Shown here piece by piece: positions 38,314 through 47,302 of a stretch of 63,035 nucleotides of DNA. The notes below the pieces were generated by a model. The model worked only from the letters and a program-made list of their open reading frames with translations. It was not told the origin of the DNA and ran no database searches. The stretch comes from Bacteroidaceae bacterium (GTDB lineage Bacteria > Bacteroidota > Bacteroidia > Bacteroidales > Bacteroidaceae): NCBI GenBank assembly GCA_045599425.1, contig JAZRVZ010000167.1:1-63035 (forward strand), given 5' to 3'. Made by a program: the position numbers and the translations under genes. The number at the start of each line of letters is the position of its first letter. The first letter of the stretch is position 1.

Positions 38314-39135
38314 TTAGTTCTTCTTGATCAGGAAGAAGAGGGAAACGCAGGTCGTCACAACAGCCAGGATGCTGCTCCATGCAGACAGGCTCGTATAGAA
38401 TGAGCTTGACTTGACGCGCTTTGACTTGTTGGGCTCGACATAGATCATATCGTTCTGCTGGACGTAGTAGGCCGGGCTCGAGAAAATGTTGCTCTTGGTC
38501 ATGTCCAGAGGATACATCTTCAGCTCGCCGTTCTCTTCACGATAAAGTTTCACACGGTAGCGGAGACCGGTATCATCGATGTCGCTGCACTGGGCAAGGA
38601 CGTCTACGATGGTGTTGCGCTCACTGGTCAGGCTGACAACCCTGGGAGAATGAACGGCACCCACAACGGTCACGCGGGCATTCAGCAGACGTACCGTAAC
38701 CTCGGGGTCAGGAACAAGTCCTTTCTCCTTGATCTTGTTCTCAATGATGGTGGCACATTCCTCAACGGTGGTTCCGTCCACCCTGATATTGCCGATGGCA
38801 GGAAGAACCAGGTCGCCACCATTGGTCACGGTATAGCCGTAGGCATTGCTCATGGTTCCGGAGTTGTTCATGTTCATGTTCGTATTGGTGCCGGCCGTAC
38901 CCATGGTAAGATCCTGTGCAAAGATCTGCAGCAGCCTGGGCTCGCTGCAGGTAATCTTGATGAGAACCTGATCGGCAGGCTTCAGTCTCATCTCGTACTG
39001 CTGCATAATCTTCTGGGGAGTGGCAAACTGCTCCTCAGATCCCTGGAAATAGACAATCTTCTCTGTGCTGACGCAACTGGTCACTGCCATCATTGCAAGC
39101 ACTGCGATGGCCAATTTTGAAAATATCTTCTTCAT
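38314..39135 (-). CDS. wza: polysaccharide export protein, short Wza family (Poly_export + SLBB), orphan
   Basis: Lipobox AVTSC, the IVYFQG...Y.L.P.D.L.I motif, an SLBB-like segment and a C-terminal TM helix. There is no adjacent Wzc or Wzz. Confidence 0.75.
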   Translation of the reverse strand: MKKIFSKLAIAVLAMMAVTSCVSTEKIVYFQGSEEQFATPQKIMQQYEMRLKPADQVLIKITCSEPRLLQIFAQDLTMGTAGTNTNMNMNNSGTMSNAYGYTVTNGGDLVLPAIGNIRVDGTTVEECATIIENKIKEKGLVPDPEVTVRLLNARVTVVGAVHSPRVVSLTSERNTIVDVLAQCSDIDDTGLRYRVKLYREENGELKMYPLDMTKSNIFSSPAYYVQQNDMIYVEPNKSKRVKSSSFYTSLSAWSSILAVVTTCVSLFFLIKKN

Positions 39136-39207
39136 AGCATGTATGTTTTTCCTTTCTCCAATTTATTGTTATGTGATGTGGAAATGGGCTTATTGCCCAA
39201 AACAATG

Positions 39208-39215
39208 CAAATATA
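39208..39215 (-). promoter_or_regulatory. -7 box TATATTTG for the short wza gene
   Basis: TAnnTTTG on the minus strand, 73 nt upstream of the ATG. Confidence 0.45.
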
Positions 39216-39248
39216 CAATGTTTTTTATTCTTGGCAAAAGGAAATGTG

Positions 39249-39286
39249 AAAAAAAAGCGTCCCGCAGGGAAAACCTTGCGGGACGC
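39249..39286 (-). terminator. strong intrinsic terminator for gene C
   Basis: 13-bp stem GCGTCCCGCAGGG/CCTTGCGGGACGC followed by T8 on the minus strand. Confidence 0.75.
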
Positions 39287-39321
39287 CGTGATTATAGCGG
39301 CTTTATTGCCTTGTCAATTCT

Positions 39322-39355
39322 GCAAAACTCAAGCGAGCTAACTCTTACTTAACCA
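39322..39355 (-). pseudogene. decayed extra copy of the paralogue 3' module (hairpin, stop codon and last CTD codons)
   Basis: GCAAAACTCAAGCGAGCT (18/18) and CTTACTTAACCA (12/12) match the real 3' end of gene C, which lies 66 bp away. Confidence 0.6.
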
Positions 39356-39416
39356 ATACTTGGCTTCGCCGAGCTGCTTTGCGTTCGGCAAAACTCAAGC
39401 GAGCTTGGTTTTGCGC

Positions 39417-42400
39417 TTACTTAACCAGCACCTTCTTGCCATTGATGATGTACAGGCCGGGCTTAGCCAGGCTGTTGACACGCAGGCCGGTGATGGTGAA
39501 GATTGCCTTCTGGGCAGGTGCGGTCTCAATGCTCTCGATGGGAGTAGCGTCGCCGCTGAGTTCAGCCTGGCTTGCACCACCCAGGTACATCAGAGAGAAG
39601 TTGTCCACAACAACCCAGTCCTGACCGACAGCGTTAACCTTCTCGATACCCACGCGCAGGATGCCATCCTTGCCCACCTTGACGGTGATGCTGTTGTGGT
39701 AGAAGCCTGCCTTGAAGAAGTTGTCTGCGGTAGCCAGCTGATCAGCACCCTTGAACGAACCGCCGAAGGTAGAGTTACCGGGAGTGATGTCGATGCCCAG
39801 GACTGCGAGTGAATCCTCGTTCAGCTGAACAGAAGCGATGTTGTTGAGCTCGGTGGCATACTTGCCCTCAGAAGAGGTAGCATAGAGGTAAGCGTAAACC
39901 TGCTGCTCCTTCTCGCCATTCAGGATGGCGTAAGAGTCAGCGGTACCACCACCATGGCGCAGGAAGCCCTGGCATGACAGAACATAGGTACCCTCGGGCA
40001 GACCGGTCAGTTCCTGGTACATGTTGAATGCACCTGAGTTCCATACCTCACCACAGTTGCCAGGCTGGCCACCACCGGTACCGGGCTGCTTGCCCTTCCA
40101 CTCGGTGAAGTTGTGGTTCTGAACGGCACCGGGCTCCTCAACGTAGCCATCCTCGTCGGGCTCGTAGGTCATACCATCCACGTTGAACTGGGGATTCAGG
40201 ATCATGGCAGTGAAGTCAACGGGATTCTCGTCGCTGGCATTCTCCCAGCCCTTAGGCATTCTGATGAGAGCCAGTACCTCGTTGGCCTCCTGGATGAACT
40301 CCTCCATGGCCTTGTTGTCCAGGGTCAGGTATGCGGCATCACCCATGTTGACCTCCTCGATTACTTCCATTACCTTGTCATAGCGTGCCTTCAGGTCGGC
40401 GTCAGCCTCCTCGGCCTTCTCCCACATGTTGTTGGCAGTCTCATACAGGTCAGCAATCTTCTGCTGCAGCTCCATGTTCTTGGCAATCTCATTGTACTGG
40501 GCACGAAGCAGTTCCTTCATCTCCATGCACTCGTCCTCAGAGTGGCTCTTGATGTCCTTGATGAATGCCTGAACATCCTTGATCACCTTCTCAATGGTAT
40601 TGTACTCACCGTCGGTGATTGCCGAAGCGCTCATTCTGGCCTCCAGCTGAGCAATCTCGTCCTGCAGGGTAACAACCCATGCATCAGAGCCAGAACCCTC
40701 GTAAACCAGCTTGAAGTTATCGAAGATTACCCACTGGTGACCGTTGTCAACGCGTACACCGACAGTCAGGTTACCGGGCTCCTTCAGCTGGATGCTGAAC
40801 TTGTTGGTGTAGTCGTAGTTCTCACCGTCCTTCTTGTTCATGAAGTGCCATGCTGAGCCAGTCATTGAGTTGGGGCACCACAGACCGTTGGAGCCACTGG
40901 GATTGTTGTCGCTCATCCACTGAACCTCGCCAGCGTCGTTGACAACCTCGTAGAGCTTCTCCTCGGTACCGTAATCGGTAACGTTGGCAAATACCTGAAT
41001 CTTCTCGGTGCCGTCGGGCAGTACAGCGTAGAGCTCGGCAGGATTGTAACCTGCATCCTGAACGCGATAGAAGCCCTGTACGGAGAGGGTGTACAGACCT
41101 GCGGGTACATTATATACAGTCTGGTACATAGAGAACGCACTCATGAAGTTCTCGGCCAGACCATCCTCCTCATCGGGAGCCTCCTGGCAGAGCTCTGCGT
41201 TGTTGTTTACGCCATTGCCATAGTTTGAACCCCACCAGGGTGAGTTACCGGTAGTGCTCCAACCACTGAAGTTCTTGTTGAACTTGGGATTGTTCAGCAG
41301 GTAGGAAACATCGTCACCGGGCTGCATCTCACCATTGTACTTACCCTCGATCTCAGCCATGCCGGCGTAGATCATGTCAATCTCGGTGCGAGTCCACTCG
41401 CAAGCCTCGTAGGCCTCATTCAGACTGTCGTAGTAGTCCTCCAGCTCACCGGCCAGGTCGGGATTGGTCTCACGGTACTCCTCGATCTTCTCGTAAACAT
41501 CCTCCATGCGCTGTGCGAATACGCGGTAGTCGCTGATGGTAGCCTTCAGGGCGTTCATGGCGTTCTGGATAGAATCGCTCCACAGCTGGCAATCCTCGTC
41601 GCTCAGCTGAGCAGCCTCTGCCAGGGCAGTAACCTCCTCATAGAGAGCGTCATAGGCATCGATGACAGCCTGATTGCCATAGACGTTCAGCGAGCCGTAC
41701 TCCTCGTTCAAGGCAGCAACCTTGTCGCGCAGGGCGATCTGTGCGAGGGTCAGCTCGGTCTTGCCATAGTACTTCAGAGAGAAGTTGTCCATAGCCAGCC
41801 AGTTGATGGTCTTGTCGCTGTCGTAGCGGATACCGAAGGTGAATGCACCACCCTCAGTGGTGAAGGACAGCTCGAAGTGCTCGGGAGCGTTGTTGCCGGT
41901 GGCAACGGGAATCTCGTAGCTCTCGCCGGTAGCGGGGCAGTTGGCGAACAGATATACACCCTTGGAGTCTGCCTTGCTGCCCTGCTGACGGGTTGCAATC
42001 ATGTCCACACCCAGGATATACAGACCCTCGGGCAGGCCTACGGTCTGCTGTGCGTAGCCGGAACCGTTCAGCTGGGGATCCCAGGTCCAGGTCTCCAGGA
42101 AGTTCTGGATGGTTACGCCGTTGCTGCTGTAGGATGCGCTCTGAACCTGGTTGTTTACGCCAGTGAGGGAAATAGTCCAACCGTCGTAGGTGCCATCAGA
42201 GAAGTCTGAGTTGAGGGCGATACCCATCTCGAAGAGGTCGATGGGGTCCTCGGCGGTAGCACCCTCCAGCAGGTCTGCGTTCTGGGCAACCTTCAGCCAA
42301 CCTACGGCCTTCATGATCTCAGCGTATGCAGCATTCAGCTGCTCAATGGTGGCACTGGGATCGTCGTAAACCTTCTGGGCCTTGTCGCAGGCAGCCTTTA

Positions 42401-43217
42401 CGGTGGGCTCGCTCTCGTAGTAGTCAACGCCAGACATGCCCTCGATGTCTACGTCCAGCCAGAACCAGTTGTAGAACTGCATCCTTGCGTTGTAGAGGGT
42501 AGCATCGTACAGGGTCCAGGTGGTATATGCCTCGTTGCCGTACGCATACCTGGGAGTCTTGCCGGTGATCTCTTCCGTGATAGGATCAATGACGTCAACG
42601 CTGTCCACAATGACGGAACCGTAGAAGTACAGACGGCTGTCGAAGCCATAGTCGTCATGGATACCCTGGCTGTAGTCATCGGGAGCATTGTCGTAGGTGG
42701 CCAGGATGTACTCCTGAGCCTCGTTGTTCCAGATCATGTTGGAGGGAACCATACCGAACTTACCGCCGGGAGCAAAGGCGTTGGTCAGCTCGATCTTGCC
42801 ACCACCCAGGTCTGTCAGACCCCATGCGTGGTCACCCTGGCGATTCTGGCCGTCAACCCATGCCTTCTTGGCACCGTCGCAGTCCACGGCGTTCCAGTTG
42901 CCGTTGATCAGGTCCTGGAACCTAACGCCTTCCTTTTCCACTTCCACTCCGGTCTCGTCCTTGATCTTGTAGGTCGAGACAGCGAAGCGTACCTGACGGG
43001 CCTCTTCCTTGGTGTCCTTTGCAGAAGCGCGGGTACCCCAGTTGTTGCCCTGACCATAGAAGTACTCATCACCCTCTGAATTGGTTACAGAGAGGTAGTA
43101 CACCGTGGTGCCGTCGATCTTGACGCTGGTTGCCTTGGTCAGTTCGGGCTCGTCGAACTGTGCCCAGGAGGCTGCAGACACCAAAATCGCGCTCAAAAGA
43201 GTAAATAGCTTTCTCAT
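39417..43217 (-). CDS. giant secreted protein C (1266 aa) with T9SS C-terminal sorting domain; paralogue family member
   Basis: Signal peptide ..AASWA|QFD and an N-terminal WG-repeat domain. Modules end in DNFSLKYYG (alpha), DNFKLVYEG (beta) and DNFSLMYLGG (beta). The tail is IFTITGLRVNSLAKPGLYIINGKKVLVK. Confidence 0.85.
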   Translation of the reverse strand: MRKLFTLLSAILVSAASWAQFDEPELTKATSVKIDGTTVYYLSVTNSEGDEYFYGQGNNWGTRASAKDTKEEARQVRFAVSTYKIKDETGVEVEKEGVRFQDLINGNWNAVDCDGAKKAWVDGQNRQGDHAWGLTDLGGGKIELTNAFAPGGKFGMVPSNMIWNNEAQEYILATYDNAPDDYSQGIHDDYGFDSRLYFYGSVIVDSVDVIDPITEEITGKTPRYAYGNEAYTTWTLYDATLYNARMQFYNWFWLDVDIEGMSGVDYYESEPTVKAACDKAQKVYDDPSATIEQLNAAYAEIMKAVGWLKVAQNADLLEGATAEDPIDLFEMGIALNSDFSDGTYDGWTISLTGVNNQVQSASYSSNGVTIQNFLETWTWDPQLNGSGYAQQTVGLPEGLYILGVDMIATRQQGSKADSKGVYLFANCPATGESYEIPVATGNNAPEHFELSFTTEGGAFTFGIRYDSDKTINWLAMDNFSLKYYGKTELTLAQIALRDKVAALNEEYGSLNVYGNQAVIDAYDALYEEVTALAEAAQLSDEDCQLWSDSIQNAMNALKATISDYRVFAQRMEDVYEKIEEYRETNPDLAGELEDYYDSLNEAYEACEWTRTEIDMIYAGMAEIEGKYNGEMQPGDDVSYLLNNPKFNKNFSGWSTTGNSPWWGSNYGNGVNNNAELCQEAPDEEDGLAENFMSAFSMYQTVYNVPAGLYTLSVQGFYRVQDAGYNPAELYAVLPDGTEKIQVFANVTDYGTEEKLYEVVNDAGEVQWMSDNNPSGSNGLWCPNSMTGSAWHFMNKKDGENYDYTNKFSIQLKEPGNLTVGVRVDNGHQWVIFDNFKLVYEGSGSDAWVVTLQDEIAQLEARMSASAITDGEYNTIEKVIKDVQAFIKDIKSHSEDECMEMKELLRAQYNEIAKNMELQQKIADLYETANNMWEKAEEADADLKARYDKVMEVIEEVNMGDAAYLTLDNKAMEEFIQEANEVLALIRMPKGWENASDENPVDFTAMILNPQFNVDGMTYEPDEDGYVEEPGAVQNHNFTEWKGKQPGTGGGQPGNCGEVWNSGAFNMYQELTGLPEGTYVLSCQGFLRHGGGTADSYAILNGEKEQQVYAYLYATSSEGKYATELNNIASVQLNEDSLAVLGIDITPGNSTFGGSFKGADQLATADNFFKAGFYHNSITVKVGKDGILRVGIEKVNAVGQDWVVVDNFSLMYLGGASQAELSGDATPIESIETAPAQKAIFTITGLRVNSLAKPGLYIINGKKVLVK

Positions 43218-43315
43218 TTTGATACTGATTTAATAGGTTAATAATTAGTTGTTAAGTTAGTGTTTTCTTGGTCTGTTGGGTGTGTGGGTGCGCACATGTG
43301 CGGACTACCACCTTG

Positions 43316-43323
43316 CAAAGATA
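43316..43323 (-). promoter_or_regulatory. -7 box TATCTTTG for gene C
   Basis: TAnnTTTG on the minus strand, about 100 nt upstream of the ATG. It is flanked by an A8 tract upstream and a 12-bp perfect palindrome downstream. Confidence 0.5.
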
Positions 43324-43400
43324 GTGATTTTTTTTCAAATACAGCGTGATAAAACGGATAATTTGTGGTATTTTTCCGATATATCTCTGATATGGTACGG

Positions 43401-43442
43401 GCAAAAAGAAAGTATCCTGCAAGGAAGACCCTTGCAGGATAC
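43401..43442 (-). terminator. intrinsic terminator for gene D
   Basis: 13-bp stem GTATCCTGCAAGG/CCTTGCAGGATAC followed by TTTCTTTTT on the minus strand. It is homologous to the gene C terminator. Confidence 0.7.
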
Positions 43443-43513
43443 GCTATTGTCTATGCTTGGCTTTGCCGAGCTGCTTTGCGTTTGGCAAAACTCAAGCGAG
43501 CTTGGTTTTGCGC

Positions 43514-46500
43514 TTACTTAACCAGCACCTTCTTGCCATTGATGATGTACAGGCCAGCCTTGTTCAGGTTGCTTACGCGTACACCGGTGATGGTATAGAT
43601 GTTCCTGGCAGCCTCGGTGGCAATGCCGTTGATGGCATCAACCGTACCGTTCTCGCCCAGGGCACTGTTGGTACCGTAGGCGGTCAGGGTGAAGTTGTCG
43701 GCTGCCAGCCAGTTGGCGGTGGTAGTCTCAGAGCAGTTGATACCCAGGCGAACGAGGGTCTTGTCCTCAGCCACCTTGAATACCAGTTCGAAGTGCTCGG
43801 GAGCACCGTTGCCGGTTGCTACCTCCATGTGGCTGCCGCCAGCGAAGAGGAAGCAGTCCTTGGTGTCCTGCTTGCTGCCACCCTGCCAGGTAGCGATGAT
43901 GTCAGCACCCAGCTTGTAGGTACCGGCGGGAAGCAGGATCTCCTGGTAGATGTTACCCAGGATGGGAGAGTTGCCGCTGCGCCATACCTCGATGAACTGG
44001 TTACACTCGGGAGTGTAAGGTGCACCGTTCAGCTCGGTCTCAGCACCGGTGTAGGCGCTGTTGGCCTGATAGCCCTTGTTGGTGTAGGTGGTCAGGTCGA
44101 GCGTCCAGCCGTTGGCGGTACCGTCAGACATGTCGGGGTTAACCAGGAACTCGGTCAGCTCAGCGGGATCCTTGTCGTCCGCACCGGCTACAGCCTCGGC
44201 AATCCTGGTATACTTGTCCTCCTGCTGCCAGGTGGTGTAGGCCTTGTCCACCTTCTCGATGAAGGCGTTGATCTCGTCGATGTATGCACTCAGCTCCTCG
44301 GTGGTCAGCTCCAGGTACTTCTGGTCCTCGATGTCGTTGTAGTACTTGTTGCACTCATCCAGCAGGGCATCGTCGCTCATCTCCTCGCACTTGTTGTTGG
44401 CATCGCCGCCCAGCTTGGTGTAGACGGGCTCAATGCCAGCCACAACCTTGGCGTTCTCCTGGGCAGCAGCGTATGCAGCGTTCAGGTCAATCAGGGCCTG
44501 GTACATGGCGTCACCATCAGTGCCGTTCATGGCATCCTGTGCCTCAGCGATGGCGTTGGCCAGGGCAGATGCAGCGGGATCGGTCAGGTTCTCGTCCTTG
44601 TTGGCATCGTAGTACTCCTCGATACCGGGCAGTACAACCGACAGTACGTTGCTGACAGCCTTGGCGCTCTTGCCCTCGTAGACGAGCTTGAACTTGGCCC
44701 AGAGTACCCAGTGTGCCTTCTGACCGTTGGAGGTCAGACCAATGGTCATCTTGCCGCCCTCAACAAGGCCGTAGACGGTCTGGTAGTAGCGCTCGGCAGC
44801 GAAGGCGTATGAAGCACCGTCAACTGAGTTGGGAACCCAGCCGTAGCCCTCTACGTTGTAGTCATAGGGCCATGCACCGGTCTCCTCGGTGATGTAGCAG
44901 TTAACCTTGTCCTCAGCCTGATCCTCGGGCATGGCATCCTTGCAGATGTTCTGTACGGGGGTCTTGAAGTCGTTCATGAACAGGAATACCTTGGAAGCCT
45001 CGGTACCGTCGAAGCTGCCGTTGCCGGCAGGACGCTCGAAGGCCTGGCAGGTCAGGGCATAGATACCATCGGGTACACCCTCAACAACCTGCTGTACGTC
45101 AACTACATTGTCATAAACCTCCACGTTCTTGCAGATGTCCAGACCGCAGTTCTGGTTGCCGACGGGAGTCGCACCCTTGGAGTTGGTCCAGTAGTTGAAG
45201 CCCTCTGCGAAGCTGGGGTTCTTCAGCATGTCGGTGCAGTCGTCGCCCTCGTTGATGCTGGCCTTTACGGCAGCCTCGAACATGTCCTCGAGCTCAACTG
45301 CCTTGGCAGCGATCTCCTCGCCGGTCAGCTCACCGGGCTTCAGGGTGTTCTCCTCCTCTGCGAGGACGAGGTCAACGAACTCATCCCACAGGTCGCCGTT
45401 GTAGTCATACTCGCCGCTGTTGATGCCCTCGACATACTTGTCAACCAGGGCCTTGTAGGCGTTGTATGAGTTGATGCTGGCCAGGGCACGCTGGGTAACC
45501 TCGGTCATGGCCATGGTGTTCTTGTGGATCTCCTCGGGAGTGGTAGCCTCGCGGGCAGCCTGGAGGGCAGCCTGGAAGTTGGCAATCTCAGCGCGGCAGT
45601 AGTAGGTGTCCTCGGTGATGAAGTCCTGCAGGTCGCCGGCGATGGTGGCAATCACGTCCTCGCTCCACATCTTGTAGGCATCCAGGGCACCGCCGTAGTA
45701 GGTCAGGCGCCAGGTGTCGGTGATGGTCCAGTTGTCAGTCTGTGAGTTGTCCTTCTTCACTACACCGATCTTCAGCTTGCCGTCCATGACGGGCAGCATG
45801 ATGGTGTTGTCCATGTCGATACCGGCATTCTCGAAGCGGACGAAGTCCTGCATGGAGTTGGGAGCGTAGTAGTTCTCACCGATGACAGCGCCACCCAGGT
45901 CGGTACGGTCGGTAGATACGGATGACAGTGAACGGATGTTCACATTCAGGCTGTCCTCGCCGCTAACGGCATACAGCTTGGCATGACGGTAGCTGGGATC
46001 ATCCTTGGTGTTCCAGTCGTTGGCAATGGAACCGGCGCGGTAGAAGGCGTTCACGTTGACGCGGTAGATACCGGCGGGCAGACCCTCGATAACCTGCCAT
46101 GTGTCATAGTCCATATTGAAGCGCTCACCGCACTCGTCGGTGGCACCGCCGGCGCCGAAGCTTGAGCCCTTCCAGCCGTCGAACTTGATGCCGTCGAAGT
46201 TGGGGTTGACGATTGAGCTGGTCATGTCCTGAGGATTGTCCACGCTGGCCTGAGCCTTCTTCCAGTCGTTGATCTTCTGGTTTACGGACTCGGCGGCTGC
46301 GTTCAGCTCATCCGCGCTGCTGTCGGCGTTCTTGTAGACAGCGGTCTCGGCGGCAGTGTCCAGACCGGCACACTCGGCAGCGTTCTTCAGGGCAGTTGCC
46401 AGCAGGGCCGAGGCATCCAGGGCGGGCTTCACTGCATCCCACTTGGCCTTCCAGCTGTTGTACTCCTCCTGGCTTACGAAGGCCCAATCCAGACCGGCAC

Positions 46501-47038
46501 CCTCCTTGTCAGCGGGGATGTTGGCATCGATGATGGTGGATGCACCGCTCCAGCCGAAGAAGGTGGTCTCGTAGTTGTCATAGGTGTCTGCACCCCACTT
46601 GTCGTCGTTGGCAGCGCTGCGGATGCGGTAGTACTGGCCGTTCTTGGTGATGTTCCAGTACTCGTGACCCTGAGTGCCCATGTCGATGAAGCAGCCAGCC
46701 TCGTTGTCACGGAACAGGTACTTGCCAGCCTTTTCACCGCTTGAGGTCTTCAGGGAGTAGCCACCAGCGGTCTCGTCATAGGTTACTACGTACAGCAGAC
46801 CCTCGGGCAGAATGGAGGTCTGGGTGCCCCATGCGTTTGAACCGCACAGGAAGGCATTACCCTCCACGTTGTAGATGTAGACTGAGTCGGGAGCCTGGGG
46901 AGGATCCAACTCGGAAACGTCTGCGCCCTTCAGATTCTCCAACTCAAGGAAGCTGGTTGGCTTCGGAGCCTGGATCTGAGCGAAGACACCCATCGTTGCA
47001 CATGCAACGCTGAGCAGAGTGAGTAATCTTTTCTTCAT
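43514..47038 (-). CDS. giant secreted protein D (1174 aa) with T9SS C-terminal sorting domain; paralogue family member
   Basis: Signal peptide ..MGVFA|QIQ and an N-terminal WG-repeat domain. Modules end in TWRLTYYGG (beta), KFKLVYEGK (beta) and DNFTLTAYG (alpha). The tail is IYTITGVRVSNLNKAGLYIINGKKVLVK. Confidence 0.85.
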   Translation of the reverse strand: MKKRLLTLLSVACATMGVFAQIQAPKPTSFLELENLKGADVSELDPPQAPDSVYIYNVEGNAFLCGSNAWGTQTSILPEGLLYVVTYDETAGGYSLKTSSGEKAGKYLFRDNEAGCFIDMGTQGHEYWNITKNGQYYRIRSAANDDKWGADTYDNYETTFFGWSGASTIIDANIPADKEGAGLDWAFVSQEEYNSWKAKWDAVKPALDASALLATALKNAAECAGLDTAAETAVYKNADSSADELNAAAESVNQKINDWKKAQASVDNPQDMTSSIVNPNFDGIKFDGWKGSSFGAGGATDECGERFNMDYDTWQVIEGLPAGIYRVNVNAFYRAGSIANDWNTKDDPSYRHAKLYAVSGEDSLNVNIRSLSSVSTDRTDLGGAVIGENYYAPNSMQDFVRFENAGIDMDNTIMLPVMDGKLKIGVVKKDNSQTDNWTITDTWRLTYYGGALDAYKMWSEDVIATIAGDLQDFITEDTYYCRAEIANFQAALQAAREATTPEEIHKNTMAMTEVTQRALASINSYNAYKALVDKYVEGINSGEYDYNGDLWDEFVDLVLAEEENTLKPGELTGEEIAAKAVELEDMFEAAVKASINEGDDCTDMLKNPSFAEGFNYWTNSKGATPVGNQNCGLDICKNVEVYDNVVDVQQVVEGVPDGIYALTCQAFERPAGNGSFDGTEASKVFLFMNDFKTPVQNICKDAMPEDQAEDKVNCYITEETGAWPYDYNVEGYGWVPNSVDGASYAFAAERYYQTVYGLVEGGKMTIGLTSNGQKAHWVLWAKFKLVYEGKSAKAVSNVLSVVLPGIEEYYDANKDENLTDPAASALANAIAEAQDAMNGTDGDAMYQALIDLNAAYAAAQENAKVVAGIEPVYTKLGGDANNKCEEMSDDALLDECNKYYNDIEDQKYLELTTEELSAYIDEINAFIEKVDKAYTTWQQEDKYTRIAEAVAGADDKDPAELTEFLVNPDMSDGTANGWTLDLTTYTNKGYQANSAYTGAETELNGAPYTPECNQFIEVWRSGNSPILGNIYQEILLPAGTYKLGADIIATWQGGSKQDTKDCFLFAGGSHMEVATGNGAPEHFELVFKVAEDKTLVRLGINCSETTTANWLAADNFTLTAYGTNSALGENGTVDAINGIATEAARNIYTITGVRVSNLNKAGLYIINGKKVLVK

Positions 47039-47161
47039 ACTCGTTTTGAATTTTGGATTAAGTTAGTAATTAGTTGATTGATAAATTGGTTTGTCTTTTT
47101 CATGTCCGCCCCGCTGGTTGGGCGGGGGCTTGGTGGGGATGCGTTTTCTTCAAATAGTGTG

Positions 47162-47169
47162 CAAATATA
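47162..47169 (-). promoter_or_regulatory. -7 box TATATTTG for gene D
   Basis: TAnnTTTG on the minus strand, about 125 nt upstream of the ATG. A GC-rich hairpin (CCGCCC..GGGCGG) lies in the leader. Confidence 0.45.
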
Positions 47170-47302
47170 CTTCTTTTTGTTGATTTGGCAAAATCTTTAG
47201 GCGGGATTTTTCAGATTTCATACATTATTTATTACGTGTGTGCCCAGGCGTGCAGGTCTGGCGGGTGGGGTGGGGCGGCCGTCTGTTGCCGGGTGGGGCG
47301 GT

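Noticed and set aside
29620-47038. The idea that the giant-gene block is a mobile genomic island, a diversity-generating retroelement or a shufflon.
   Set aside because: The window contains no integrase, transposase, reverse transcriptase or invertase gene. The essential rnpB lies inside the block, and its composition matches the neighbouring housekeeping genes. Local duplication and gene conversion explain the observations better.
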